Of a stretch of DNA of 64,000 nt, positions 36,178 to 47,068 are shown piece by piece. The DNA lies in contig JAWLHY010000001.1 of assembly GCA_041690135.1 (NCBI GenBank), forward strand, positions 736,001 through 800,000, written 5' to 3'. Position numbers and translations under genes: made by a program. The notes under the pieces are model-generated. The model was given only the letters and a program-made list of their open reading frames with translations, did no database searches and had not been told where the DNA came from. Source of the stretch: Armatimonadota bacterium. Lineage in GTDB: Bacteria > Armatimonadota > SYMT01. The number at the start of each line of letters is the position of its first letter. Position 1 is the stretch's first letter.

Positions 36178-37791
36178 GTGAACGATACCCCCACGAATTT
36201 AGACCAGGCTATCCAGGCGCTGAAAGATCAGCGACCCAGGGAAGCGGCCGATCTCTTGAAGGACTACATCTGGCGCGATCCGTCCGACGGCACGGCCTAT
36301 GCCTTCCTGGGGGTGGCGCTTTCAGAACTGGGGGATAGTTCATCGGCGCTGGAGGCCCTGGAACGAGCTCACTACCTGGCCCCGGCGGACGCGGGTATCC
36401 TTTACAATTACGGGCTCGTCCTGGAGGCCGCAGGGCGCCCGAAAGAGGCGCGGATCCGCTTCAGTGCCGCGCTACAGCTCGACCCCGGCTATCACCGGGC
36501 GCAGCAGCGTCTGCTCCAGCTCGGCGGACCCTTCCCCCCGATGCCTCCCGGTGCGGTCCAGGCCGGACGGACGGAAACGGCCTCTTCCCCGCCTTCCCTT
36601 CTAGCCGGTGCGCCGAACGGAAGTGATGCAGCACCGGACCGCCGGGGAGCCGAAGGTAAACCGTCGCGCGAGGTCTCCGTTCAGGCCTCCAGGTCAGAGA
36701 GCATCTCGCCGGCTACCCCGGCACCCTCCCCGACGGAAGGTGCGGTCACGCCTTCGAGTGAGGCCGCACACCCGGCACGGAAATGGGTCCGAGAGCGGCC
36801 GGCGGAGAAGGCTGCAGAAAATGGCACGGTAACCGAAGCCGAGCCGGCGGGAACCGTCGGTCCTTCCCCCATGCATGTGCCTCCCCCCATCATCCATTCC
36901 CCGACGCCGACGCCACCTTCCGCCACCGAGACGATGGACGCCTCGTCAACTCCGGGTGGGCCACAGCCCGCCACCTGGCCGCCGGTATTCCCCTCGGCAC
37001 CCTCGGGGGCACCCTCGCCACTCCTGGCCCGGGGCGCGGAGCTGCTGCAGAACCGTACGGTGCTGGCGGGATTGTGCGTCCTCTTTACCGCCGGTGGGCT
37101 GGTCATCGGTATCGCCATCCGAGGAGCCATGCCCGGCCCGGTTCCCCGGATGGCGGACCCGCTGCAGGCGGCGGGTCTCCGCCGGGGGAGCCTTGCCGGC
37201 CAGTCTCTGGCCGGACTCGATCTTACCAATGCTGTGCTGGAAGGAGAGAAGATGCCTTCCGTACGGGCGGAGAAGGTCATCCTCGCGGGGGCAAGACTCC
37301 AGGGGGCCGATCTTCACGAGTCCAAGTTTTCTGGGGCAAACTTGGGCAGGGCTGACCTGGTAAAGGCCGATTTGCGTCGTGCCGACCTGGGGGGAGCGCA
37401 CCTGGATGAGGCACAGCTTACGGGCGTGTTCATGCGTGGCGCCTACCTCAAGGCCGCGTCACTCCGCGGCGCCAACCTCCAGCAGGCCTACCTTTCTTCC
37501 GCGAACCTGGTGCGCGCCGATCTGACAGGCGCGACTCTCACCGATGCGGACCTCCGCGGCGCCAACCTCACCGAGGCGGTCCTGGTAGACGCCATCCTCA
37601 GCAACGCTCAACTTCAGGGGGCCAACCTGACCCGGGCGCGGCTCGGCCGAGCCGTTCTGAAGGACGCCCGCTACGACGCCAAAACTCGCTGGCCCGCGGG
37701 GTTCAATCCCAAACTGCGCGGGGCGGTCTCCGTATCACCGCTACCCCCGGCGGCGGCATCCACCGCGGTTCGGGCCGAAGGTGCTCCGTAA
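36178..37791 (+). CDS. TPR + Pro-rich linker + TM + pentapeptide-repeat protein
   Basis: N-terminal TPRs, P/A/S-rich linker, one TM helix, A(D/N)Lxx repeats ending in TRWPAGF. Confidence 0.85.
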   Translation: MNDTPTNLDQAIQALKDQRPREAADLLKDYIWRDPSDGTAYAFLGVALSELGDSSSALEALERAHYLAPADAGILYNYGLVLEAAGRPKEARIRFSAALQLDPGYHRAQQRLLQLGGPFPPMPPGAVQAGRTETASSPPSLLAGAPNGSDAAPDRRGAEGKPSREVSVQASRSESISPATPAPSPTEGAVTPSSEAAHPARKWVRERPAEKAAENGTVTEAEPAGTVGPSPMHVPPPIIHSPTPTPPSATETMDASSTPGGPQPATWPPVFPSAPSGAPSPLLARGAELLQNRTVLAGLCVLFTAGGLVIGIAIRGAMPGPVPRMADPLQAAGLRRGSLAGQSLAGLDLTNAVLEGEKMPSVRAEKVILAGARLQGADLHESKFSGANLGRADLVKADLRRADLGGAHLDEAQLTGVFMRGAYLKAASLRGANLQQAYLSSANLVRADLTGATLTDADLRGANLTEAVLVDAILSNAQLQGANLTRARLGRAVLKDARYDAKTRWPAGFNPKLRGAVSVSPLPPAAASTAVRAEGAP

Positions 37792-38069
37792 TGGCTCACT
37801 TGCCACACAAGTTCTGCTGGTCCGCACCCACTCTGTGCCGCCGCGGGACTGACTCGTGGTGAATGCACACAGGTGCAAAGGCCCTCGGCCGGTACGGTCA
37901 CCAGGGGACCGCAGTGCAACTGCGGACGAAGTGATCACGCCTCGGCTATACCCTCTCCGCCCCTCCGGGGCTGCGAACCGGTAGGACCTGGGCGCGTTCC
38001 CGGCGTAAGGTGCGAAATCCGTTTAGCGAATGGGTAGCGCCGCACGTCATGATTTTGGAGCCTTCTGTT

Positions 38070-38101
38070 CCGGGCACGCACCGCTGCGTGCCGGCGACTC
38101 C
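38070..38101 (-). repeat. GGAGT-foot REP-like hairpin
   Basis: Minus strand ggagtcgccggcacgcagcggtgcgtgcccgg. Confidence 0.55.
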
Positions 38102-38121
38102 AAACGTGCGGAGGAACACCC

Positions 38122-39102
38122 GTGAGCACACAGATCCGTCCCTTCACTCCGGACGACTATCCCGCCATGGCGGCCGTCAATAACGGTGTCTATCCGGACT
38201 ATCCCACGACCACCGAGGAGTTGATTGCGGAGGACCAACACCGCGACCCCAAGTGCCGATTCGAACGCTTCATCGCCGAACGGCGGGAGGCGTCCGGCGA
38301 TACCGCCGTTGCCGGGATAGCGACGCTACGCCAGAGTTCAACTTCGTACCACCCGCGGAAGTTCTGGTTCGACGTGTCCGTCACGCCGGAATGCCAGGGT
38401 CAGGGGATCGGACGAGCCCTCTACGACCACCTCTTCAGCCGGGTCGCGGCGGATGACCCACTCTCGATCGGAGGCTGTGTCCGTGAGGATATGGAACGTG
38501 CACTCCGATTCCTGGCCGACCGTGGTTTCACCGAAACGATGCGGGAGTGGGAATCCCGTCTTCCGGTAGCAGACTTCGATCCTTCTCGCTTCGCGGGCGC
38601 GGAAGACCGGGTGCGAGCCCAGGGAATTGAGATCCGATCGCTGGCAGAACTCCTGGAGACGGACCCCCACTGCTACCGCAAGCTCTATGATGTCGTGTTC
38701 GCGGCGGAAGAAGACGTCCCGCGAGCGGACCCGGAGTTCTCGCCCCCGGAGTTCGACCGCTGGCTGAAGCGCCACCAGAGCAACCCGAACCTGCTGCCCG
38801 AAGGCTGCATGATCGCCGTGCACCAGGAGCTTTACGTCGGAATGTCGCAGGTCTGGAAGATGCAGGGGTGCCCGGATCTCGATACGGGCCTGACGGGCGT
38901 ACGGCGCGAGTTCCGGCGCAAAGGGATCGCCCTGGCCCTGAAGCTGCGCATCATCGAGTTCGCGCGGCGGGAAGGTTATCCGGTCATTCGCACCTGGAAC
39001 GCCAGCACCAACGAGGGTATGCTTTCGATCAACATCGCGTTGGGTTTCATCCGTCAGCCGGCCTGGATCGAGCTGCACAAGCGGTTCGGCGCGGATGAGT
39101 GA
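38122..39102 (+). CDS. Tandem GNAT acetyltransferase
   Basis: VTPECQGQGIG and TGVRREFRRKGIA motifs; N..MLSINIALGF. Confidence 0.88.
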   Translation: MSTQIRPFTPDDYPAMAAVNNGVYPDYPTTTEELIAEDQHRDPKCRFERFIAERREASGDTAVAGIATLRQSSTSYHPRKFWFDVSVTPECQGQGIGRALYDHLFSRVAADDPLSIGGCVREDMERALRFLADRGFTETMREWESRLPVADFDPSRFAGAEDRVRAQGIEIRSLAELLETDPHCYRKLYDVVFAAEEDVPRADPEFSPPEFDRWLKRHQSNPNLLPEGCMIAVHQELYVGMSQVWKMQGCPDLDTGLTGVRREFRRKGIALALKLRIIEFARREGYPVIRTWNASTNEGMLSINIALGFIRQPAWIELHKRFGADE

Positions 39103-39202
39103 TGAACTTGAACCGGGGTCCCCGAGATAGCGGAGACCCCGGTTCAGGGGATGGGTTCCGCTCTCAAGAAGCCGAGTGTTGCCTCCGGCTGGCCCTACCG
39201 GA

Positions 39203-39883
39203 TCAAAGAGACGACTTCTCGGTCTCTTCTTTGGGCTCGGCGAAGCTGTGCTTGCCGCTGAGGTTCTCGATGACCACCTGGCTTTCGCCGGCCACGACCT
39301 CGATGGGGCGGCGGGAGCGTCCACCCATCTCGGGGGCCCAGAACACCAGTGTGTGTTTGCCGGCCGGGACAGCAGCGTTCCGGAGAGGCGTTTCCCCCAA
39401 CAAGCTGCCGCCGTTCAGATAGACAAAAGTTTTGACCGCCGGTTGGGTGAGCACGGTGACGCTCCCGGTGCCGACCCCGGGCCGGGGGACCAGCGGTTGG
39501 ATCGGTTTCGATTTGGCGGCCTGCGACGGCAGCACTCCGGTGGGGAGAAGAGGCAGAGCCGGCTTCGCGGGGGCGCCCGTGTTGCTGCCCGATGGCTCCA
39601 CGGCAGCTTGCCCCCCGGTAGGCTCGCTGGTGCCCGCACCGGAATCCCGCGGCGTGACCGTCACGGGAGGCGTGCCCACGGAGTTGGAAGCAGGCTGCCG
39701 CGATTGGCACCCGGGGCTGAGCATCAGCAGGGTTGCCGCCAGGGTGGCCGCGAGAAGGCCGACAAACGTGCCCGCCCTCACGGCCCCACTCCGGGTCCGC
39801 CGGGTAAGGGGCAACGAACGCTTGCAGTTCGGGCAGAACCATTCGTTCCGCTCGACACGCGTAGAACAGTGGCCGCACTTCAT
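39203..39883 (-). CDS. Zinc-ribbon + TM + PEGA-like domain protein
   Basis: CGHC...CPNC, a TM helix, a Pro-rich linker, and VYLNGGSLLGETPL...AGKHTL. Confidence 0.7.
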   Translation of the reverse strand: MKCGHCSTRVERNEWFCPNCKRSLPLTRRTRSGAVRAGTFVGLLAATLAATLLMLSPGCQSRQPASNSVGTPPVTVTPRDSGAGTSEPTGGQAAVEPSGSNTGAPAKPALPLLPTGVLPSQAAKSKPIQPLVPRPGVGTGSVTVLTQPAVKTFVYLNGGSLLGETPLRNAAVPAGKHTLVFWAPEMGGRSRRPIEVVAGESQVVIENLSGKHSFAEPKEETEKSSL

Positions 39884-39982
39884 GCCGCTCCTCCCGACGT
39901 CATCCCTTCCCCGCACTTCCTTACTCTCTATATCGGCAGCGGTCGGTGATACCCGGAATCGTCTCTCGCAATACGCAGGACG

Positions 39983-41149
39983 CTACCACAAAAGAGTGGC
40001 CGCGGTCTCCGCGTAGATCTGCGCGGCTTTCTCGACTTCGTCCGTTTCCACATATTCGTCCGGTTGGTGCGCCATCTGGGGTGCCCCTGGGCCGCAGATC
40101 ACGGCCGGAATTCCCAGGATAGGACACCAGACGGAGGCTTCCGTGCAGTAGGGTACTCCGCATGGCTGTGGGTCCACGCCCGCGATCTCCTCTGCCGCCC
40201 GGGCGAGCGCCTGGGCGAGGTCGCTGTCTTCGGGGCAAGAGACCGGCTGGCGGTCGGAGAGCACGTTCAACTCGAATCGCACGCCGGGGCGGAGGGCCGC
40301 CACTTCCTCACAGGCCTCCCGCAGGTGCAGCAGCAATTCCGCATGGTCTACGCCCGGCACGGTCCGCATGTCGAGCTGCGCGCTGCACTGGTCGGGCACC
40401 ACATTACACTTTACCCCGCCCTGGATCAGTCCCACGTTCAGCGTGGGGGTCCCAAGCAGCGGGTGGACCGGCCGGTCCGTGCGGTAGCGGCGCTCCCACC
40501 GCATCAGCAGGTCGGCCATGGCGGTCACTGCGTTGGCGCCCGCCGACGGCATCGAACCGTGGGCCGTCTTGCCGTAAAAGGTGATCTCCACCCAGAACGC
40601 GCCCTTCTCCGCGATGAAGAGGGAGAGCGAAGTCGGTTCCGCGACAATCGTTGCACCCAGGCCGGCGAACAACGGCTCCTGGACGAGGGCATCCGCCCCC
40701 AGGCAGTTGCGCTCCTCGTCGGCGGTCAGGGCCACCACAAGATCTCCCTTCAGGGGCTGGCCCGCCCGAGCGATCGCCTCGGCGGCCACGACCAGGGCCG
40801 CTACCCCGCTTTTCATGTCGCATGACCCGCGTCCGTAGAGCCGGCCGTCCCGCGTCTCCCCACCGAATGGGTCCACCGACCAAGCCACGTTTCCGGTCGG
40901 CACCACGTCCACGTGCCCGCTGAAGAGCAAGCCCGAACGCTCGCCGGTGCCGCGCAACCGGGCGACGACGTGGCTGCGGTTCGGGCCGTCCGGATACGGA
41001 ACGGTTATCGTCTCGAACCCTGCATCCTTCAAGCGGGCCTCGAGCAGCCGGATGGCCGGCGTCTCGTTCCCCGGAGGGTTGGTCGTATCTATCCGGACCA
41101 ACTCCCGTGTAAGTTCAACTGCCTCTCCTGCACGCACCGGAACAGCCAT
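39983..41149 (-). CDS. M20 family metallopeptidase (ArgE/DapE-like)
   Basis: SGHVDVVP, YGRGSCDMKSG, ADEE, AEPT, AHGS and AHQPDE motifs. Confidence 0.92.
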   Translation of the reverse strand: MAVPVRAGEAVELTRELVRIDTTNPPGNETPAIRLLEARLKDAGFETITVPYPDGPNRSHVVARLRGTGERSGLLFSGHVDVVPTGNVAWSVDPFGGETRDGRLYGRGSCDMKSGVAALVVAAEAIARAGQPLKGDLVVALTADEERNCLGADALVQEPLFAGLGATIVAEPTSLSLFIAEKGAFWVEITFYGKTAHGSMPSAGANAVTAMADLLMRWERRYRTDRPVHPLLGTPTLNVGLIQGGVKCNVVPDQCSAQLDMRTVPGVDHAELLLHLREACEEVAALRPGVRFELNVLSDRQPVSCPEDSDLAQALARAAEEIAGVDPQPCGVPYCTEASVWCPILGIPAVICGPGAPQMAHQPDEYVETDEVEKAAQIYAETAATLLW

Positions 41150-41266
41150 AGCATACCTTCCGTTGGCAACGTCCACCAGAACCTTGTGATTAGATTACCC
41201 CCTTCGTCCCACTGGAGGCAGAGATTGGAACGATTACCTACGGCTCAAGCTGCGCCAGAGAAGGAG

Positions 41267-42496
41267 ATGCCGATCGTCACCGTCATCGTACCGGTCTACA
41301 ACTCCGCCGCGCTCCTGCGGCGCTGCTTGACCGCCCTGCGAGCCTCGACCTACTCCGCCCTAGAAATCCTCGTCGTCGACGATGCCTCAACCGATGAGAG
41401 CCCCGAAGTCGCACGCGAGTTCGGAGCGCGGGTCGTAACGCTCAACGGCAACCGGGGACCGGCCTATGCCCGCAACCGCGGGGCGGAGGCGGCGGGAGGC
41501 GAACTCCTCTTCTTTATCGACGCGGACGTCTGCGTCCATCCCGACACCGTGGAACGCGCGGTGCGGGTGTTTCAGGAGAAGCCCGACGTCTCCGCGTTGA
41601 TGGGCTCGTACGATAACCAGCCCGGCGATCCGTTCTTCCTTTCCCAATACAAGAACCTGTTCCACCACTACGTCCACCAGCGGGGCCGGCACGAGGCTTC
41701 CACCTTCTGGAGCGGCTGTGGCGCGATCCGCCGGGAAGTGTTCCTGGACATGGGCGGCTTCAACGAGGGTTACGGTCGCCCCTGCATCGAGGACATCGAG
41801 CTGGGATTCCGGCTGCGCGCGACCGGGCACCGGATCCTGCTGGAGCGCTCGGTGCAGGCGACCCATCTGAAGCGCTGGGGGTTTGTGAACCTCATCCAGA
41901 CGGAGATTTTCGGACGCGGCGTGCCGTGGGTGGCGCTGATGCTGCGCGACCGCAGCACCGTGCACGATCTGAACCTGAGCTGGCATTCACGGGTTGGCAC
42001 CGTGCTCGCTTACTTGCTACTGCTGTGGGTCGGCTGGATGGTGGTGTCCGGGCAGGCCCTGGCGGCTCTTCCCGTGCTGGCGGTGATCGGGCTGGGGACG
42101 GCGAGTGTGCTGCTCCATGACCGGACGGACCGCCGGACCTGGCGGGAGTTGACCGTGATGGGAATTGCCGTGACACCCCTGATCGTGTGGGCCGTGAACG
42201 CGCTCACCCCCGCGGCGGCTCCAGGATTGGCGCTGCTGGTGGCGATCCTCGCCATCCACGAGGACTTCTACCGCTTCTACTGCCGCACCCGCGGGATCTG
42301 TTTCGCGGCGGGGGTGGTGCCGCTGCACCTGCTGTTCTTCCTGTACAGCGGCCTCTGCATTCCGCTGGGGATTGCGACGCATTACCAGGATCAGCGGCGC
42401 GCCCGCAAGTGGGCGACCGGTCCCGGAGCGATCCCCACGGCCCCGCTTCGCCCTATCAGCGCGGAGACGCTGAAGCGCAGGTCCCTCGCAGGGTAG
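41267..42496 (+). CDS. Glycosyltransferase family 2 with C-terminal TM helices
   Basis: VIVPVYN, VVDDASTD, FIDAD and EDIELG motifs; AGGAG RBS. Confidence 0.92.
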   Translation: MPIVTVIVPVYNSAALLRRCLTALRASTYSALEILVVDDASTDESPEVAREFGARVVTLNGNRGPAYARNRGAEAAGGELLFFIDADVCVHPDTVERAVRVFQEKPDVSALMGSYDNQPGDPFFLSQYKNLFHHYVHQRGRHEASTFWSGCGAIRREVFLDMGGFNEGYGRPCIEDIELGFRLRATGHRILLERSVQATHLKRWGFVNLIQTEIFGRGVPWVALMLRDRSTVHDLNLSWHSRVGTVLAYLLLLWVGWMVVSGQALAALPVLAVIGLGTASVLLHDRTDRRTWRELTVMGIAVTPLIVWAVNALTPAAAPGLALLVAILAIHEDFYRFYCRTRGICFAAGVVPLHLLFFLYSGLCIPLGIATHYQDQRRARKWATGPGAIPTAPLRPISAETLKRRSLAG

Positions 42497-42538
42497 CCCC
42501 GAGCAGCAAGCGAGAAACGGTTTGAGGAGAGAAACTAC

Positions 42539-43999
42539 GTGAACCAGGATATCGTGATCATCGGCGGCGGGCCGGCCGGGCTGACCGCAGCGTACCAATT
42601 GTCCAAGGAAGGCTGCCGTACAACCGTCCTCGAGAAGGACGACGTCGTCGGGGGCATTTCGCGGACCGTGAATTATCGCGGCTTCCGCTTCGACATCGGC
42701 GGCCACCGCTTCTTTACCAAGATTCCGGAAGTGCAGGCCGTATGGAACGAGCTGCTCAAGGACGAGTTCATCACCCGTCCGCGGCTCTCGCGGATTTACT
42801 ACCGGAACAAGTTCTACCAGTACCCGCTGAAAGGGTTCGAGGTAGTCCGCAATCTCGGCCCGATCGATACGGTGGCGGTGTTGGCCAGCTACGCCTGGAC
42901 GCGCGCCTTCCCGTACAAGGAAGAAGTGAATTTCGAGCAGTGGGTTTCCAACCGGTTCGGTAAGAAGCTCTACTCGATGTTCTTCAAAACGTACACCGAG
43001 AAGGTGTGGGGCATCCCCTGCACGGAGATCGGGGCCGAATGGGCGGCGCAGCGGATCCAGGGTCTTTCGCTGGCCACCGCGGTCAAGAACGCACTGCTGC
43101 CGGCTCGGGCAAACGGGCAAGTTATCAAGACGCTCATCGACAAGTTCGAGTACCCGCGCCTGGGGCCGGGGCAGATGTGGGAGCGCGCCCGGGATATCGT
43201 CCGGGAGCGCGGCCACCGGGTGTTGATGAACCGGGAAGTGGTGCGCATCAACCACGCTCAGGGCTGGATCCATTCCGTGACCGTGGCGGACCCGGACGGG
43301 CGCCAGGAGGAGCTGCCCGCCTCGCAGGTGATCAGCAGCATGGCGCTGGCGGACGTTATCCGCTTCCTCAGCCCGGCTCCGCCGGCGGAGGTGTTGGAAG
43401 CGGCCCACCGGCTGCGCTACCGCGACTTTCTCACGGTGGGCCTGGTGGTCAACCAGCCCAAGCTGTTCCCGGACAACTGGATCTACGTCCACTCCCCCGA
43501 GGTACGCCTGGGACGCATCCAGAACTTCAAGAACTGGAGCCCCGAGATGGTTCCGGACTCCAGCAAGAGTTGTCTGGGGCTGGAGTACTTCGTGTGGGAA
43601 GGCAACGACCTCTGGACGATGCCGGATGAGCAGCTCATCGAACTGGGAGCCCACGAGCTCGAAAAGTTAGGCCTCGTCTCCCGAAAAGATGTCTGCGATG
43701 GAGCGGTAGTCCGGATGCGGCGTGCCTACCCGGTCTACGACGGCCAGTACAAGTCGGCACTCGCCACGATCCGCGGCTACCTGCAAACCCTGCCGAACCT
43801 GCAGCAGGTCGGGCGTAACGGACAGCACCGCTACAACAACCAGGACCATTCGATGATGACCTCGATCCTGGCCGTGGAGAACCTGTTCGGCGCCCAGCAC
43901 GACGTCTGGAACGTGAACGCGGACCAGGAGTACCACGAGACGGTCGAACGCGCGCAGCCGCGGCGGCTGGTGCAAGAGGAACTTCGGAAAGCGGCTTAG
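42539..43999 (+). CDS. FAD-dependent oxidoreductase (HemY/UDP-galactopyranose mutase-like superfamily)
   Basis: GGGPAGL, FDIGGHRFF, RAYPVY and GRNGQHRYNNQDHSM motifs. Confidence 0.88.
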   Translation: MNQDIVIIGGGPAGLTAAYQLSKEGCRTTVLEKDDVVGGISRTVNYRGFRFDIGGHRFFTKIPEVQAVWNELLKDEFITRPRLSRIYYRNKFYQYPLKGFEVVRNLGPIDTVAVLASYAWTRAFPYKEEVNFEQWVSNRFGKKLYSMFFKTYTEKVWGIPCTEIGAEWAAQRIQGLSLATAVKNALLPARANGQVIKTLIDKFEYPRLGPGQMWERARDIVRERGHRVLMNREVVRINHAQGWIHSVTVADPDGRQEELPASQVISSMALADVIRFLSPAPPAEVLEAAHRLRYRDFLTVGLVVNQPKLFPDNWIYVHSPEVRLGRIQNFKNWSPEMVPDSSKSCLGLEYFVWEGNDLWTMPDEQLIELGAHELEKLGLVSRKDVCDGAVVRMRRAYPVYDGQYKSALATIRGYLQTLPNLQQVGRNGQHRYNNQDHSMMTSILAVENLFGAQHDVWNVNADQEYHETVERAQPRRLVQEELRKAA

Positions 44000-44107
44000 C
44001 GACGGGGGAGCCGGGGGGCCGGTTCCGCGGGCGTCCGGAAGCGACGGGTCTTTCCGGTGTCCGGGGCGCCACGTCGACGCCTGCCCCACCCGCTCCCGGA
44101 GGTGAAA

Positions 44108-45685
44108 ATGCAACCCCTACAGGATACGAGCGCGCGCCGCCAGCTGCTGATCGGGTTAGACGCGGCGGAATGGGAACTGGTGAGCCGGTGGGCCGCGGAA
44201 GGCAAGTTGCCCGCCTTCCGCCGGCTCATCGCGGAGGGCAGTCGCAGCGTGCTCTCCACCACGGCAGAGCAGCTACCCGACACGGTGTGGTACTGCATTT
44301 ACACGGGGACCAACCCGGCGAAACTGGAGAAGTTCTTTTACGTCCAGTACGACCCGACCACACATGGTCTCCGGTACATGACCGATGATGAGATTCGCCG
44401 GCCGCCCTTCTGGGATTTCCTGGGAGCCGCGGGCCGGCGCGTCGGGATCCTCGACGTGCCGAAGTTCCCGGCGAGCCAGAGCGTCAACGGATTCCAGGTC
44501 ACCAATTGGGGCGCTCACGCTACGAAGACGGCGCGGATGTCGAACCCACCGGAGATCCTGAAACAGATCGACGAGCGGTTCGGTCCGCACCCCGTGGGAG
44601 ACTGCGATAAGGTCGACGGCAACCCGGAAGACCTGCGGGGCCTGCGGGAGCGGATCCTGGCGGGGGTGAAGCTCCGTGGGGAGGTCACCCGTGCCCTGAT
44701 GGCGGAGCAGTCATGGGATGTCCTCTTCACGGCCTTCTCCGAGCCGCACTGCGTCGGCCACCACTTCTGGGGGCTCCAGGACCCGACCCGACCCGAGTAC
44801 GATCCGGAGGATCGCCACGGGCTCCGGGATACGATCGAGCAGGTCTACCGGGCTATCGACCGGGAGATCGGCCTGATGCTGGACCTGGTCGGGGACGACA
44901 CCCTGTGCATGGTGTTTTCCGGGCATGGCATGGGGCCGATCTACCACGCTTCCTGGAACCTGCCGGAGATGCTGGACCTGCTCGGCTACGGCCAGAGTCC
45001 GGCCACCTCCGTGGCGGTCACCGCGGAGACGCGGAAAGCCCGTGTCAACCCCTGGCGTATCCTGAAGATGGTCGTGCCCGGATGGCTCCAGTACCGGATC
45101 AAGGAGATGCTTCCGCAGGCGCTGCAGGAGAAGCTGCTCTTCCAGTGGTACACGGGCGGGCAAGACTGGAAAGCCTGCCGCGCTTTTGCCATCCCGAACA
45201 ATGACTCCGTGGGCGCCATCCGCGTGAGCGTGCGGGGCCGGGACAAGCACGGACTGGTGGAGCCTGGGGAGGAGTACCGGGCCGTCTGCCGCGACATCGC
45301 CAATGCGCTCTACGAATTGCGCGATCCGGCTACCGGTCGCCCGGTCGTCCGGCGCGTAACGCTGACCCATGAGGTGTTCCACGGCCCGTTCCTGGAGCAA
45401 CTGCCGGATCTGACGGTACTGTGGGATCAGACCTTTGCCTGGCATTCCGTGCAGTCTCCGCGCATCGGCACGCTGGAACTGCGCCCACAGGATGGTCGCA
45501 GCGGCAGCCACACGCCGCGAGGCTTTCTGCTGGCGCGCGGTCCGGGCGTGAGCCCGGGTGTCGAGCTCAAAGGCGGGAGTATCTTCGATATCGCTCCCAC
45601 CGTGCTCCATAACGCCGGTGTTCCCACGCCGGAAGATATGGACGGCCAACCACTGCCGATCCGCACCCCGGCGGTGGCCGCATGA
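44108..45685 (+). CDS. Alkaline phosphatase superfamily / nucleotide pyrophosphatase-like protein
   Basis: LIGLDAA, TGTNP, EPHCVGHHFW, FSGHGMG, GSHTPRG and DIAPT motifs. Confidence 0.8.
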   Translation: MQPLQDTSARRQLLIGLDAAEWELVSRWAAEGKLPAFRRLIAEGSRSVLSTTAEQLPDTVWYCIYTGTNPAKLEKFFYVQYDPTTHGLRYMTDDEIRRPPFWDFLGAAGRRVGILDVPKFPASQSVNGFQVTNWGAHATKTARMSNPPEILKQIDERFGPHPVGDCDKVDGNPEDLRGLRERILAGVKLRGEVTRALMAEQSWDVLFTAFSEPHCVGHHFWGLQDPTRPEYDPEDRHGLRDTIEQVYRAIDREIGLMLDLVGDDTLCMVFSGHGMGPIYHASWNLPEMLDLLGYGQSPATSVAVTAETRKARVNPWRILKMVVPGWLQYRIKEMLPQALQEKLLFQWYTGGQDWKACRAFAIPNNDSVGAIRVSVRGRDKHGLVEPGEEYRAVCRDIANALYELRDPATGRPVVRRVTLTHEVFHGPFLEQLPDLTVLWDQTFAWHSVQSPRIGTLELRPQDGRSGSHTPRGFLLARGPGVSPGVELKGGSIFDIAPTVLHNAGVPTPEDMDGQPLPIRTPAVAA

Positions 45686-47040
45686 CGGTGCTTCAGGACT
45701 CGCCTCGCAGGGTGGGACCGGCGGAAGTGGAGGACGGAATAGCTCCCCCACTTCCGCCGGCGCCGGCGCCGCGAAAACCCGTGACCGACCTCTCGTGGGT
45801 GATGGGCGGAAAGTTGGTGCTGATGGGCAGCAACGCGGTGTTGATGCTGCTGCTGGCCCATTACATGAACCTGGTGGCGTACGGCGTATTCGTGACGGCG
45901 ATCGGCTGCCAACTGCTCGTCAGTCGCGCGCTCCTGGTCGGCGTGGACTATGGGATCATCCGGCTGCGCACCATGCCGGAGTTGCGAGATTTGCACACGG
46001 AAGTCACCCACGCGGGCCTGGTGATCGTGGGCGGCACTTCGCTGCTGCTGCTCGCGGGTGGGGCACTCGGGATTCCGGTGCTCGAGTGGATTCGACCCAA
46101 CGGTTGGTTTACCTGGGCCGCGCTCTCGGTGGTGCTGGGCGCCATCGGCACGGCGATGGTCGATTACGGCCACTACTACCGGCTCTCGCGCCTCCAGTAC
46201 CGCACCGCCGTAAGCTTGCAGGCAGGCACCGCCTTGCTGCGCCTGCTGCTTACGGGGTCAGTCGCCATGATCCTGTCCAGCCCTGCCCAGGCCGTATTCC
46301 TGGTATATCCCGCGGCCGCGCTACTCGTGGGCCTCGGGCACGCCGGCTTTCTTCTTCGGGGAGAGCGCCTGCGGGTGAGCCGGGAAATGGTGAAACGAGT
46401 TGTGCGCTACTCCGCCTGGCAGGGGGCCACCAATCTCGCCATCGTACTTAGCCAGCACCAGGGGACGTTCTTACTGATGCTGCTGGGCATGCGCAAACCC
46501 ACGGGGGTGTATGGCGCGGCCCTGACCCTGGGCCTGGGCTTTTTCGCCATCTACAACGCCTATAGTGAGTTCCTCTTTCCACGGATGATGCGGGTCAAGG
46601 TCCTCACGGACCTGCCGCGCTTTCTCCTGCGTTCGCTCGGCGCGGCCGCGGGGCTCTGCCTCGCGCTTATTCCGCTGGTGATCGGCGTCGGATACTTCGG
46701 CTCCTTCTTCTTCCGTCCGGAGATGAAACAGGCCGTGCCCGCCTTTTACTGGCTGGCGGCCGCCATGCTTTTGCTGGTGCTGCAGGCTCCCCTGGAAGCC
46801 GCCTGCCACTACCTGATGCGACCCCAATTGCAGACGGCCAGCCTGCTCCTTCGTGTCGTGAGCATTGCTATTCTGGGCAGTGCCCTGGTGCCGGAGCGGC
46901 GGAGCCTGGGGGCGGCAATGGCGCAGTTCGGGGGGACCGCCATCGCCATGGTGGTGCTGGCTGTCGCGCTCTTCTGGAGTTATCACGAGGCGCTCCGGAT
47001 GGTGGAGAAGGGGCTTCCCACCGGCGAGAGCCCATCCTGA
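45682..47040 (+). CDS. Oligosaccharide flippase (Wzx/MATE-like)
   Basis: About 12 hydrophobic segments, YGVF, GVYGAA and LGAAMA motifs; glycan-cluster context. Confidence 0.75.
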   Translation: MTVLQDSPRRVGPAEVEDGIAPPLPPAPAPRKPVTDLSWVMGGKLVLMGSNAVLMLLLAHYMNLVAYGVFVTAIGCQLLVSRALLVGVDYGIIRLRTMPELRDLHTEVTHAGLVIVGGTSLLLLAGGALGIPVLEWIRPNGWFTWAALSVVLGAIGTAMVDYGHYYRLSRLQYRTAVSLQAGTALLRLLLTGSVAMILSSPAQAVFLVYPAAALLVGLGHAGFLLRGERLRVSREMVKRVVRYSAWQGATNLAIVLSQHQGTFLLMLLGMRKPTGVYGAALTLGLGFFAIYNAYSEFLFPRMMRVKVLTDLPRFLLRSLGAAAGLCLALIPLVIGVGYFGSFFFRPEMKQAVPAFYWLAAAMLLLVLQAPLEAACHYLMRPQLQTASLLLRVVSIAILGSALVPERRSLGAAMAQFGGTAIAMVVLAVALFWSYHEALRMVEKGLPTGESPS

Positions 47041-47068
47041 CCAGGCGCGGGGAGATCTCGGAGACAGT

